DNA of 64,000 bases from an uncultured Gammaproteobacteria bacterium (lineage in GTDB: Bacteria; Patescibacteriota; Patescibacteriia; UBA9934). The position numbers were made by a program, and so were the translations under genes. Below are positions 34,318 to 42,425 of this stretch, piece by piece; within the stretch, counting starts at the first letter, position 1, and each line of letters opens with the position of its first letter. Under the pieces are notes generated by a model. That model was not told the origin of the DNA and did not search any database. It saw only the letters and a list, made by a program, of their open reading frames with translations. The stretch lies in contig CAZKGL010000001.1 of assembly GCA_964552565.1 (NCBI GenBank), positions 307,061 through 371,060 on the forward strand, read 5' to 3'.

Positions 34318-35538
34318 ATGAAAAAGCACATCTGGCTGTGGACGTCGTATGATCTGGCGAATTCACTGGCGTCCGTGACGGTGGCGTTTTACTTCAGCCT
34401 TTGGCTCGTCAAAGAACGCGGCGCGTCCGACCTTTGGGTCAGCCTTCCCATGGCGATCGCGACGTTCATCCTTCTCATCACATTGCCGTACTTCGGCAAA
34501 CTGTCCGACCAGATGGGGAAGCGCAAGCCATTCCTTGCGGTCACGACGACCGTCGCCGCAGCGGCACTCATGGCGCTCGGATGGTACGCCTCTGGCGTCG
34601 ATGTGCTCACGAACGGGTCGCTTGCCGTCATCGTCATCCTTTTCTCTGTCTACCAGTATTGCTTCCAGGCGGCACTTGCATTTTACATGGCGTATCTGGC
34701 CGACCTCGCCGTTGCGAAGTCGAAAGAAGCAGTCGCTGGTCTTGGCGTCGCTGCGGGCCAGATGGGGAATATCATCGGACTTATTGTCGCATTGCCCTTG
34801 GCCGAACAGTCCGGCCGTCCGATGGCACTCCTGCTCGGTGGTGCGATGTTTCTCGTCGTGGCGCTCCCGATGCTCATCTGGTTGCCGGAAGCCAAACGCA
34901 CGAGCGGACAGGCGGTCATGGCATCGCCAAAGGAGATGCTGCGCTCACTGAAGGATATCCGCGCCGTCCCAGGTTTGCTCCGTTACCTCCTGGTCTTCTA
35001 CCTTTTCGCGGATGCGCTGTTGACGCTGAACGCCTTCGTATCCCTTTACCTTGAAGAAGTTGGAGGAATGACCGACAAGACAAAGACGCTGGTGATGGTC
35101 ATTGGGCTGTTGCTTGCAGTGTTAAGCGGTACGGTCGCCGACCGTTTGATGCGTGCAATCGGAAGCCTCAAACGTGCCATGTCCGTCCTCATCCTCACGT
35201 GGGTCGTATTCATCATCGCGCTTGCGCTTGTGACGTCCCCAGTCGCGTTCGGCATCGTGGCATCCCTGAACGGCTTCGCATTCGGTGCGCTCTTCGCGCT
35301 TTCCCGCGCCTACTACTCCGACCTTGCGCCGCGCCACCGGCAGGGTGAATTCTTTGGCTATTACGTCCTCTTCGAGCGTTTCGCATCCATGATCGGCCCG
35401 CTCTTGTGGAGCCTTGTCGCACTGCTCTTTATTGATCTCGGCGCCGACCGGTACCGGTTTTCCGTCGCCTCGCTCGCCATCCTCGTTGCGCTGAGTTACG
35501 TCCTCCTCCGGAAGGTTCCTGAGCCAAAGCGCTTGTAA
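34318..35538 (+). CDS. MFS-type transporter
   Basis: About 12 predicted TM segments with an MFS-like motif region (LPYFGKLSDQMGKRKP). Confidence 0.65.
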   Translation: MKKHIWLWTSYDLANSLASVTVAFYFSLWLVKERGASDLWVSLPMAIATFILLITLPYFGKLSDQMGKRKPFLAVTTTVAAAALMALGWYASGVDVLTNGSLAVIVILFSVYQYCFQAALAFYMAYLADLAVAKSKEAVAGLGVAAGQMGNIIGLIVALPLAEQSGRPMALLLGGAMFLVVALPMLIWLPEAKRTSGQAVMASPKEMLRSLKDIRAVPGLLRYLLVFYLFADALLTLNAFVSLYLEEVGGMTDKTKTLVMVIGLLLAVLSGTVADRLMRAIGSLKRAMSVLILTWVVFIIALALVTSPVAFGIVASLNGFAFGALFALSRAYYSDLAPRHRQGEFFGYYVLFERFASMIGPLLWSLVALLFIDLGADRYRFSVASLAILVALSYVLLRKVPEPKRL

Positions 35539-35539
35539 C

Positions 35540-35572
35540 AAAAACCCTCTCGCTCCGACGAGGGGTTTTGTA
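35540..35572. terminator. Terminator copy 2: AAAACCCTCTCGC-tccga-CGAGGGGTTTTG
   Basis: Near-identical to 33552-33586. Confidence 0.65.
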
Positions 35573-35587
35573 ATATAATGATTATAT

Positions 35588-35848
35588 ATGACTCGAAAAC
35601 AATGGGGATGGTGTTTCATAATCATTCCCTGGGTTGGGCTGGCAATAATAATTCTTTGGCAAGCGTTGGACAGCCCAGTTTCTTACGATCCTGCTGCTAT
35701 GGTTGATACACGGTCGCAGGTAAATGCGGCTGCAATTCGAGGCGTTTTTACCATTATCTCTTTCACAGGAATTTTAGTTGGCAATCCTCTAGGTATCTAT
35801 CTTATAAGGTCAGCTGATCGGAAGAAAAATATTTCCCCTGGTCGGTAA
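35588..35848 (+). CDS. Small membrane protein (86 aa) in a local low-GC (~43%) island
   Basis: AT-rich codons (ata, att, tta) in an otherwise ~65% GC context; flanked by terminator copies 2 and 3. Confidence 0.45.
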   Translation: MTRKQWGWCFIIIPWVGLAIIILWQALDSPVSYDPAAMVDTRSQVNAAAIRGVFTIISFTGILVGNPLGIYLIRSADRKKNISPGR

Positions 35849-35878
35849 AGCCTCTCGCTTCACGCGAGGGGTTTTTGG
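35848..35878. terminator. Terminator copy 3: AAAGCCTCTCGC-ttcac-GCGAGGGGTTTTTGG
   Basis: Same stem sequence as copies 1 and 2. Confidence 0.6.
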
Positions 35879-35921
35879 TTGCAATTGGATGAGACTGCTG
35901 GTAGCCTAAGGTGCACTGGAG

Positions 35922-36200
35922 GTGTCCATGGCATTCTTCGACTGGATCGGAAGTCCCGATTCGCTGCCCGTCTTCATCGCGCTCGTGGTCGCGATCCTCT
36001 CGAACCTCGCGCCCATCCCCGTGACGGCGGCGCTCGCCATCGGTTGGTCGCTGTTCGTCACCATCGGCCTCGCGCGGACGTGGATTCTCTCCCGCCGCAC
36101 GGAGAACGGCATGACGGTCGGCGACGCCACCATGTTTCTTGTCTTCTACCATCTGCCGGTCGTCCTGTGCGCCTTCGTCATCTGGACGCGCACGCACTGA
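35922..36200 (+). CDS. Hypothetical small membrane protein (~3 TM)
   Basis: Hydrophobic ORF. Confidence 0.4.
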   Translation: MSMAFFDWIGSPDSLPVFIALVVAILSNLAPIPVTAALAIGWSLFVTIGLARTWILSRRTENGMTVGDATMFLVFYHLPVVLCAFVIWTRTH

Positions 36201-36367
36201 CTGTCAGACCTGACCCCTGCAGCGCAACCGTGCGCCGCGGGGGTCGCGTCGTTTTTCCCACCTGTCAAAAACTCGACGGCCGTCACATTTTGACAGGCCG
36301 CTTGTCAAGCGCGACCACGTCCTGCTTGTGCTTGCGCATGGTTCTTTGGCGTGCAAGCGTGGGGTAT

Positions 36368-36745
36368 ATGCATGTCCAAACGCGCTTCGCTCATCCGTGG
36401 TCGACCGCCGGCATCATCGGCGGGACATTTACGCTGCTGTTCCTCTTCGGCGTCATCCCCATCCCGGAGCTCCCGCTTCGTGCGGGGGCGGGGGAGGCGG
36501 CGCCACGCGGGTACGACCATCCGTTGCTCAACAACGCATCGGAAGCCGAGCTTACGGCAGGCGGCGTCGACCTGCGCAGCATCCCGACGGTCATCTCGCG
36601 GACGCAGGAGACGTGCGCCGTCACCGCGCTTGGGCAGGAGCGCGTCGACGCCATCAAGGGCGGCGCCACGGTCACGATGTCCGATTACGCGCTCGCGAAG
36701 CACTGCATCAGCACTTGGGCAAGCGGATATCTCGGCGAGCGTTGA
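36368..36745 (+). CDS. Hypothetical exported protein (125 aa)
   Basis: N-terminal TM/signal IIGGTFTLLFLFGVIPIP. Start chosen at the ATG inside a longer ORF frame. Confidence 0.35.
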   Translation: MHVQTRFAHPWSTAGIIGGTFTLLFLFGVIPIPELPLRAGAGEAAPRGYDHPLLNNASEAELTAGGVDLRSIPTVISRTQETCAVTALGQERVDAIKGGATVTMSDYALAKHCISTWASGYLGER

Positions 36746-36776
36746 AGAAAACAGGTAGACGGAGTAGTGTAAGGGC

Positions 36777-38243
36777 ATGTCTGCCCATCAAACGTTAGCG
36801 AAAAATACGCTGTTTTTGACTGCGGCCTCCATCGGGCAAAAGGTCATCGCGCTCGTGTACTTTTTCCTTATTTCCGGCTACCTCGGCACCGAGGGGACGG
36901 GCGGGTATTTTTTGGCGCTCGCGATGGTGACGACGATCGGCGTCATCGACGACATCGGGCTCACGTCGGTCCTCATCCGCGGCGTCGCAAGCAAACCCTC
37001 CGAAGCCGCGACGTGGCTGCGCAACGTCCTCGGGTACAAGGTATTCACCATCCCATTCACCATTCTTCTTGCATTCGTCGTCCCGGCGCTCGCCGGGTTT
37101 GATGCGGAAGCGGCGTACCTTGTCCGTATCGCCATCGCCATCATGATCGCGGATACGCTGTCGCTGACGTGCTACGGCGTCTTGCGCGGCATGCAGTCGC
37201 TCAAGTACGAGTCGCTCGGCATCTTCGTCGGCCAGCTCGTCACGAGCGTCATCGGCATTGGGCTTGTGGTGACCGGCACCGCGACGTTGCCGCTCCTCAT
37301 TGTCGCGCTCATCGTCGGGAGCGTGTGGAACCTCGTGTTCTCTGCGGTGCAGGTCGCGCGCTGCATCGGGTGGGGCGCCTTCGTGCCGGCGTACACCATG
37401 GGGAACGCGCCGCTGAAGATGGCGTTTGCATTTTTCCTTTCCGCCGTCTTCGTGAAGGTGTATTCGTACATGGATTCGTTCATCCTGAACGCGACGCTTG
37501 GCGAGTCGGCGGTCGGCGTGTACAGCATCGCGTACAAGATGACGTACGCATTTCAGTTTTTGCCGCTTGCGCTCGTCGGCGCGCTGTACCCGTCGCTGTC
37601 CGCCGCCGCGGGCGACCCGGAGCGGCTCAAAAAGATCTTTTTTGCCGCCGAATGGTACGTTGCGCTTCTCGCTGCGCCGATCGTCTTCGGCATCTGGTCG
37701 CTCGCGCCGGAACTCGTCGGGCTCCTCAAGCCCGAGTTCGCGGAGGCCGCCGGCCCGCTGTCCATCCTCATTTTCGTCCTCATCTTCATCTTCCTCGATT
37801 TTCCCATCGGGTCGCTCCTCAACGCGACGCATCGCCAGGCGACGAAGACGGTCATCATGGGCGCGACCATGGTCATCAACATCTGCGCGAACATCTACCT
37901 CATTCCGCGCTTCAACGTCGAAGGCGCGAGCATTGCCGCGCTGATCAGTTTCGTGTTCATGTTCGTTGCGGGGTGGGGGAGCGTCGCGGCGGCGGCCAAG
38001 CTGTCGTTCGCCGAGCTTGTGCAGAAGGTCGGTGGGTTTTTCCTCGCCGGCGCCGTCATGGGCGTCGTGGTCATCGCGGCGAAGGCGTATATCCCGTGGG
38101 TCTCCGCAATCCCGATCGGCGCCGCGGTGTATGTCGTCCTCATCTTTGCCATGAAGACCGTGACCGTCGACCACCTCCGCCAGATGCGCAGCATCGTACG
38201 CCCCGAAAAACCGTATGCCACGAATACTTCTGCCGACAATTGA
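36777..38243 (+). CDS. Polysaccharide/oligosaccharide flippase (Wzx/MOP superfamily)
   Basis: 12-14 TM protein with a polysaccharide-biosynthesis-protein-like N-terminus. Confidence 0.7.
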   Translation: MSAHQTLAKNTLFLTAASIGQKVIALVYFFLISGYLGTEGTGGYFLALAMVTTIGVIDDIGLTSVLIRGVASKPSEAATWLRNVLGYKVFTIPFTILLAFVVPALAGFDAEAAYLVRIAIAIMIADTLSLTCYGVLRGMQSLKYESLGIFVGQLVTSVIGIGLVVTGTATLPLLIVALIVGSVWNLVFSAVQVARCIGWGAFVPAYTMGNAPLKMAFAFFLSAVFVKVYSYMDSFILNATLGESAVGVYSIAYKMTYAFQFLPLALVGALYPSLSAAAGDPERLKKIFFAAEWYVALLAAPIVFGIWSLAPELVGLLKPEFAEAAGPLSILIFVLIFIFLDFPIGSLLNATHRQATKTVIMGATMVINICANIYLIPRFNVEGASIAALISFVFMFVAGWGSVAAAAKLSFAELVQKVGGFFLAGAVMGVVVIAAKAYIPWVSAIPIGAAVYVVLIFAMKTVTVDHLRQMRSIVRPEKPYATNTSADN

Positions 38244-39198
38244 GCTGCCTGGCGCACGGGGAGGCATTGCGCGGTACATCGACGCGATCGCGAAGACGAT
38301 TCCGGACGTTGAGGTTGCCCCGTGGTCGAAGAGCCGTAGCGTCGAGTCGAAAGGGTACGACGCCGTGTGGGTGCACCACGTGCTCCCCATCGGCACCCAG
38401 GCGTGGCTGCAGCGCCTTCGTGGCGGCACGCCGTACGTCGTGTTTTTGCATGGCATGGATTTCGATCTCGCCCGCCGCAATGTGTGGAAACGATTTCTCA
38501 CGCGTCGTATCTTGCGTGGTGCAACACGCGTGGTGACCAATTCGCGCGCACTCGCCGGCGAGGTTGCGGCGTTTGCGGACATCCCGATGCCGATGGTGGT
38601 GTACCCGTGCGTGAGCGACGATATGGTCGCAGCCGCAGCCATCCCACCATCCCACCATCCACCGTCCACCACACTCCGTCTCCTCACCGTCGGCCGGCTT
38701 GTCGAACGGAAGGGCCACATGAAGGTGCTCGACGCCATCGCGGACATGCCGGACGTGACGTACGCGATCGTCGGCGACGGGCCGATGCGGGGTGCGATCA
38801 CGCGGCGCATCGAGGAGCTCGGACTTCGCGACCGTGTGACGCTCCATGCGGATGTCGCGGACGATGCGCTGCCCGAGTATTATCGGAACGCTGATGTTTT
38901 TGTCATGCCCGCGTCGCAATCCGCGGGCGACCGCGAAGGGTTCGGCATCGTCTATCTCGAGGCAAACCTGTTCGGCCTTCCGGTCATCGCGTGCAAGACG
39001 CCCGGTGTCGACGAGGCGGTGGTTGATGGAGAGACGGGCGTGCTCATCGACGATACTCCCGTCGCGCTGCGTGACGCATTGTCGCGGTTTTCTCACGATC
39101 GTGAGTTTTCCGTGACGCTCGGACAGCAGGGCAGGGAGCGGGTATTGGCCGATTTCACACGCGAAACGCAGTTTGCTACACTGCGTGCTCTGCTATGA
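38215..39198 (+). CDS. Glycosyltransferase family 4 (GT-B); carries the in-frame CCACCATC repeat in its inter-domain linker
   Basis: C-terminal domain motifs RLLTVGRLVERKG...EGFGIVYLEANLFGLPVIA. Confidence 0.75.
   Translation: MPRILLPTIELPGARGGIARYIDAIAKTIPDVEVAPWSKSRSVESKGYDAVWVHHVLPIGTQAWLQRLRGGTPYVVFLHGMDFDLARRNVWKRFLTRRILRGATRVVTNSRALAGEVAAFADIPMPMVVYPCVSDDMVAAAAIPPSHHPPSTTLRLLTVGRLVERKGHMKVLDAIADMPDVTYAIVGDGPMRGAITRRIEELGLRDRVTLHADVADDALPEYYRNADVFVMPASQSAGDREGFGIVYLEANLFGLPVIACKTPGVDEAVVDGETGVLIDDTPVALRDALSRFSHDREFSVTLGQQGRERVLADFTRETQFATLRALL
38644..38675. repeat. In-frame repeat CCATCCCACCATCCCACCATCCACCGTCCACC, copy 2, inside GT4; encodes IPPSHHPPST
   Basis: Near-identical to the fmt copy, but read in a different frame. 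Confidence 0.7.
39088..39112. repeat. Palindromic element, copy 2 (TTTTCTCACGATCGTGAGTTTTCCG), here inside the GT4 coding sequence (encodes SHDREFS)
   Basis: Identical 25-mer to 10568-10592, with similar flanks (GTCGCGG...CCGTGAC). Confidence 0.7.
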
Positions 39199-39902
39199 AC
39201 GGTCTTGTTTCCGTCGTCATCCCGACCTACCAGCACGCCGGCACGATCGGGGCGTGTTTGGATTCGGTATTCGCCCAGACGTACTCCCCGATCGAGGTCA
39301 TTGTCGTCAACGACGGATCGACGGACGCCACGCAGGAGGTCCTCGCGCCGTACCGCGACCGCGCGACGGTCATCACGCAGGAGAACCGCGGCGGCAACCC
39401 GGCGCGGAACCGCGGCCTCGCGGCGGCCAACGGGGAGTTTGTCATCTTTTGCGACGCCGACGTCATCATGCGGCCGGACATGATCGAGCGCATGGTTGCG
39501 GCGCTCGCGGCGCACCCGGATGCGAGCATCGCGTATTCCGGATTCCGGTTCGGGTGGAAGCGGTTCCGCGGCGTGCCGTGGAATCCCGCGCGGTTGCGCA
39601 AAGTGAACTACATCCATACGACGAGTCTTGTCCGCCGGGATGCGTTCCCGGGGTTTGACGAAGCGATCAAGCGGTTCCAGGACTGGGACGTGTGGCTCAC
39701 CATGCTCGCGCAGGGGAAGTCGGGCGTCCTGGTGCCGGGGACGCTGTTCCGTTGCCTTATTGACGGCGAGTCGCGTACCGGATCGCGGTGGCTCCCGTCG
39801 TTCATGTACCGGATCCCGTGGGAATGGCTGCCGTGGCGGCCGCACCAGGTTGCGAAGTACGAAGCCGCGCGCGCCGTCATGGTCGCGAAGCACAAACTAT
39901 GA
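39195..39902 (+). CDS. Glycosyltransferase family 2
   Basis: VSVVIPTYQHAGTI...VVNDGSTD...FCDADV (DxD). Confidence 0.75.
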   Translation: MNGLVSVVIPTYQHAGTIGACLDSVFAQTYSPIEVIVVNDGSTDATQEVLAPYRDRATVITQENRGGNPARNRGLAAANGEFVIFCDADVIMRPDMIERMVAALAAHPDASIAYSGFRFGWKRFRGVPWNPARLRKVNYIHTTSLVRRDAFPGFDEAIKRFQDWDVWLTMLAQGKSGVLVPGTLFRCLIDGESRTGSRWLPSFMYRIPWEWLPWRPHQVAKYEAARAVMVAKHKL

Positions 39903-40753
39903 TCGACGTCTCTCTCGTCATCGTCACGTACAAAGAGCATCCCGACGTCTTGCGGGCTTGTTTTGACGCGGTTGCGGCGTCGCGTGATGTGACGGTTGAG
40001 ACGATTGTTGTCGATAACGGGGGGAGCGAAGCGACAAAGACATTGCTCGCCGAGGTGTTGCCGGGAGCGCAGTACGCCCCAAATCCGCAGAACCGGGGCT
40101 TTGCCGCGGCAGTCAACCAGGGAATGCGGGTCGCGCAAGGTCGCTACGTGCTCTTGCTCAACCCCGACACCGTCATTCCCGACGACGCGCTCGCGCGGAT
40201 GGTGCGCCATATGGACCGCGACACGGACGTCGGCATCGCAAGCGCGGTCATCCGGTACCCGGACGGGCGGCTGCAGGAAAGCATCCGTCGTTTCCCGACG
40301 CTCATCGACCAGGTGCTTATTCTCCTCAAGGCGCCCCACGTCGTGCGCCGCCTGCCGTGGGTCGACCACTACATGATGCGCGACGCCGATCCGCTCGCGA
40401 CGCAGGACGTCGACTCGATCATGGGCGCGTTCATGATGATCCGCCGCGAGGTCATCGACCGCATCGGCATGTTCGACGAACGGTACTTCATTTGGTTCGA
40501 GGAGGTCGACTATTGCAAGATGGCGCGCGATGCGGGCTTCCGTGTGCGTCATTACGGCGACGTGGCGATCGTCCACCACAAGGGGCACACGTTCGACCAG
40601 CTTGCCACGATCCGGAAACAGCGGTGGGTGCGCGAAAGCATGCGGAAATACATGGCAAAGCACCATGGCGCCGCTACGGCCGCAATCTTCTGGGTGCTCG
40701 CCCCGATGTTTATCGTCCTTGCGTACCTTGCGGCATTCATGAAGAAAGGATAG
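39899..40753 (+). CDS. Glycosyltransferase family 2 (rhamnosyltransferase-like)
   Basis: VSLVIVTYKEHPDVL...VDNGGSEAT...LLNPDTV. ATGA start/stop overlap. Confidence 0.7.
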   Translation: MIDVSLVIVTYKEHPDVLRACFDAVAASRDVTVETIVVDNGGSEATKTLLAEVLPGAQYAPNPQNRGFAAAVNQGMRVAQGRYVLLLNPDTVIPDDALARMVRHMDRDTDVGIASAVIRYPDGRLQESIRRFPTLIDQVLILLKAPHVVRRLPWVDHYMMRDADPLATQDVDSIMGAFMMIRREVIDRIGMFDERYFIWFEEVDYCKMARDAGFRVRHYGDVAIVHHKGHTFDQLATIRKQRWVRESMRKYMAKHHGAATAAIFWVLAPMFIVLAYLAAFMKKG

Positions 40754-40801
40754 ATTCATACGTTGTTCAAAAACTGACGATCGGCAGTATTTTGCACAGA
40801 T

Positions 40802-42394
40802 ATGTTCGCAAAACAGTTTCTCGGAAAAACCGCTGCGGTCACGTTTCCCGCGCTCGCCGCGGTCCATCTGGTCGCGATTCCGCTCCAGCACAACGACCTT
40901 CCGAGCGCCGTCGCGCTCGCGCTCGTCGGCGTGGCCGCGTGCGCCCTCACCGCACGGTCCCTCGTGTGGGGCCTTGTCCTTGCGTTCGCCGAAATCATAG
41001 CCGGCGGCCACGGCCACCTGCTCGCCGCGGACATCGCCGGGTTCCCGCTGTCGCTGCGCATGGCCGTGTTCGCCGGTGTCATGCTGGGCTACGTCTGGCA
41101 CGTCGCGCGCCGCCGCGTCCGGCCGACCTTCCTCGTCTTCCGCGACACGCCGTTCTTGCTCCTTGCCATCGCGGTCGCCATCGGGACCGTACACGGGATG
41201 CTCGCGAACGACCCGCTCCATGCGTTCGACGACATGAACGGTTACTTCACGCTCGCGTACCTCCTGCCGCTCGCGTCGGTGGCGTGGGACAACACGACGC
41301 GCCGCGCGCTGCTCCAAGGGATGTTCGCGTCGGTCATGTGGGTTGCGCTCTCGACGCTTGCCATCGTGTTCCTTTTCACGCACCTGCCGGGCTGGATGCT
41401 GCATGATGTCTACGCGTTCGTGCGGGATGCGCGCATCGCCGAGGTGACGCTCCTCACCGGTCCGGATTGGTTTGTCGGCAACCTCCTGCCCGACGCGAGT
41501 CCGTGGTATTTCCGCGTGTTCGAGCCCGCGCATTTCTTCGTCCTCGTGCTCGGCCTCATCTTGGTGGCGGCGCGGTTCCTCTTGTGGAAAGGGGAGCGGA
41601 TGCCCCACATGGCGCGCGTGGCGTTCACGCTTTGTGTTGCCGCGTTCATCGCCAGCCTCTCGCGGAGTTTCCTTATCGGCGCGGCCGCCGGGCTCTGCGC
41701 GACCGCGGTGTTCGTCGGGGTCGACGCGCCGCGCGCCATCGGCAGGCACCTGCTCCGCAGCCTCCCGCTCCTGTTCTTGGTATTCCTCGGCGCCGGCGTG
41801 TTCTGGGCCACGGTCGTTTTCCCGTTCCCAAGCCACCCGAACCTGCAGGACGCGGCGTTTTACCGTGAGACGGAAAGCGACGACCGGGACCTTGCGGTCT
41901 CCAGCCGGTGGAACCTCTTGTACCCGATGTTTACGGCGATCATGGAGCACCCCGTAGTCGGGGCCGGCTTCGGCAAAGAGGTCACGTTCATCTCTGACGA
42001 CCCGCGGGTCCGCGACATCAACCCGAGCGGGGAGTGGACCACGTATCGGTTCGAGTGGGGCTACCAGGATATCTGGCTCAAGATGGGGCTCCTCGGCCTG
42101 GTCGCGTTCGTGTGGTACCTCGTCGTGTTGTCACGCGCGTTTTACTTCAGTTACCTTCGCCACGGGCACCGCTGGCTGGTGACCGGGCTCTACGCCGGCG
42201 TCATCGCGCTCTTCGCCACGCACGTGTTCTCGCCGTACCTCAACCATCCCATCGGCCTCGGCTTCATGCTGTTCGTGCTGCCGTTCTTCGATTGGCAGGG
42301 CGTCGTCGCGTCGTTTGCGAAAGAGGACGAGGCCCGCGCGAAAGAATCGGTCGTGAAGGTACCGACGCCGGTCGTGACGATGCGCGGCGAGTGA
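40802..42394 (+). CDS. O-antigen ligase / Wzy_C-domain polytopic membrane protein
   Basis: About 12 TM helices and a periplasmic loop with the FSRSFLIGAAAG region typical of the family. Confidence 0.5.
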   Translation: MFAKQFLGKTAAVTFPALAAVHLVAIPLQHNDLPSAVALALVGVAACALTARSLVWGLVLAFAEIIAGGHGHLLAADIAGFPLSLRMAVFAGVMLGYVWHVARRRVRPTFLVFRDTPFLLLAIAVAIGTVHGMLANDPLHAFDDMNGYFTLAYLLPLASVAWDNTTRRALLQGMFASVMWVALSTLAIVFLFTHLPGWMLHDVYAFVRDARIAEVTLLTGPDWFVGNLLPDASPWYFRVFEPAHFFVLVLGLILVAARFLLWKGERMPHMARVAFTLCVAAFIASLSRSFLIGAAAGLCATAVFVGVDAPRAIGRHLLRSLPLLFLVFLGAGVFWATVVFPFPSHPNLQDAAFYRETESDDRDLAVSSRWNLLYPMFTAIMEHPVVGAGFGKEVTFISDDPRVRDINPSGEWTTYRFEWGYQDIWLKMGLLGLVAFVWYLVVLSRAFYFSYLRHGHRWLVTGLYAGVIALFATHVFSPYLNHPIGLGFMLFVLPFFDWQGVVASFAKEDEARAKESVVKVPTPVVTMRGE

Positions 42395-42425
42395 TGCCTC
42401 GCGTCCGTTCTGCTATACTCCTGCT

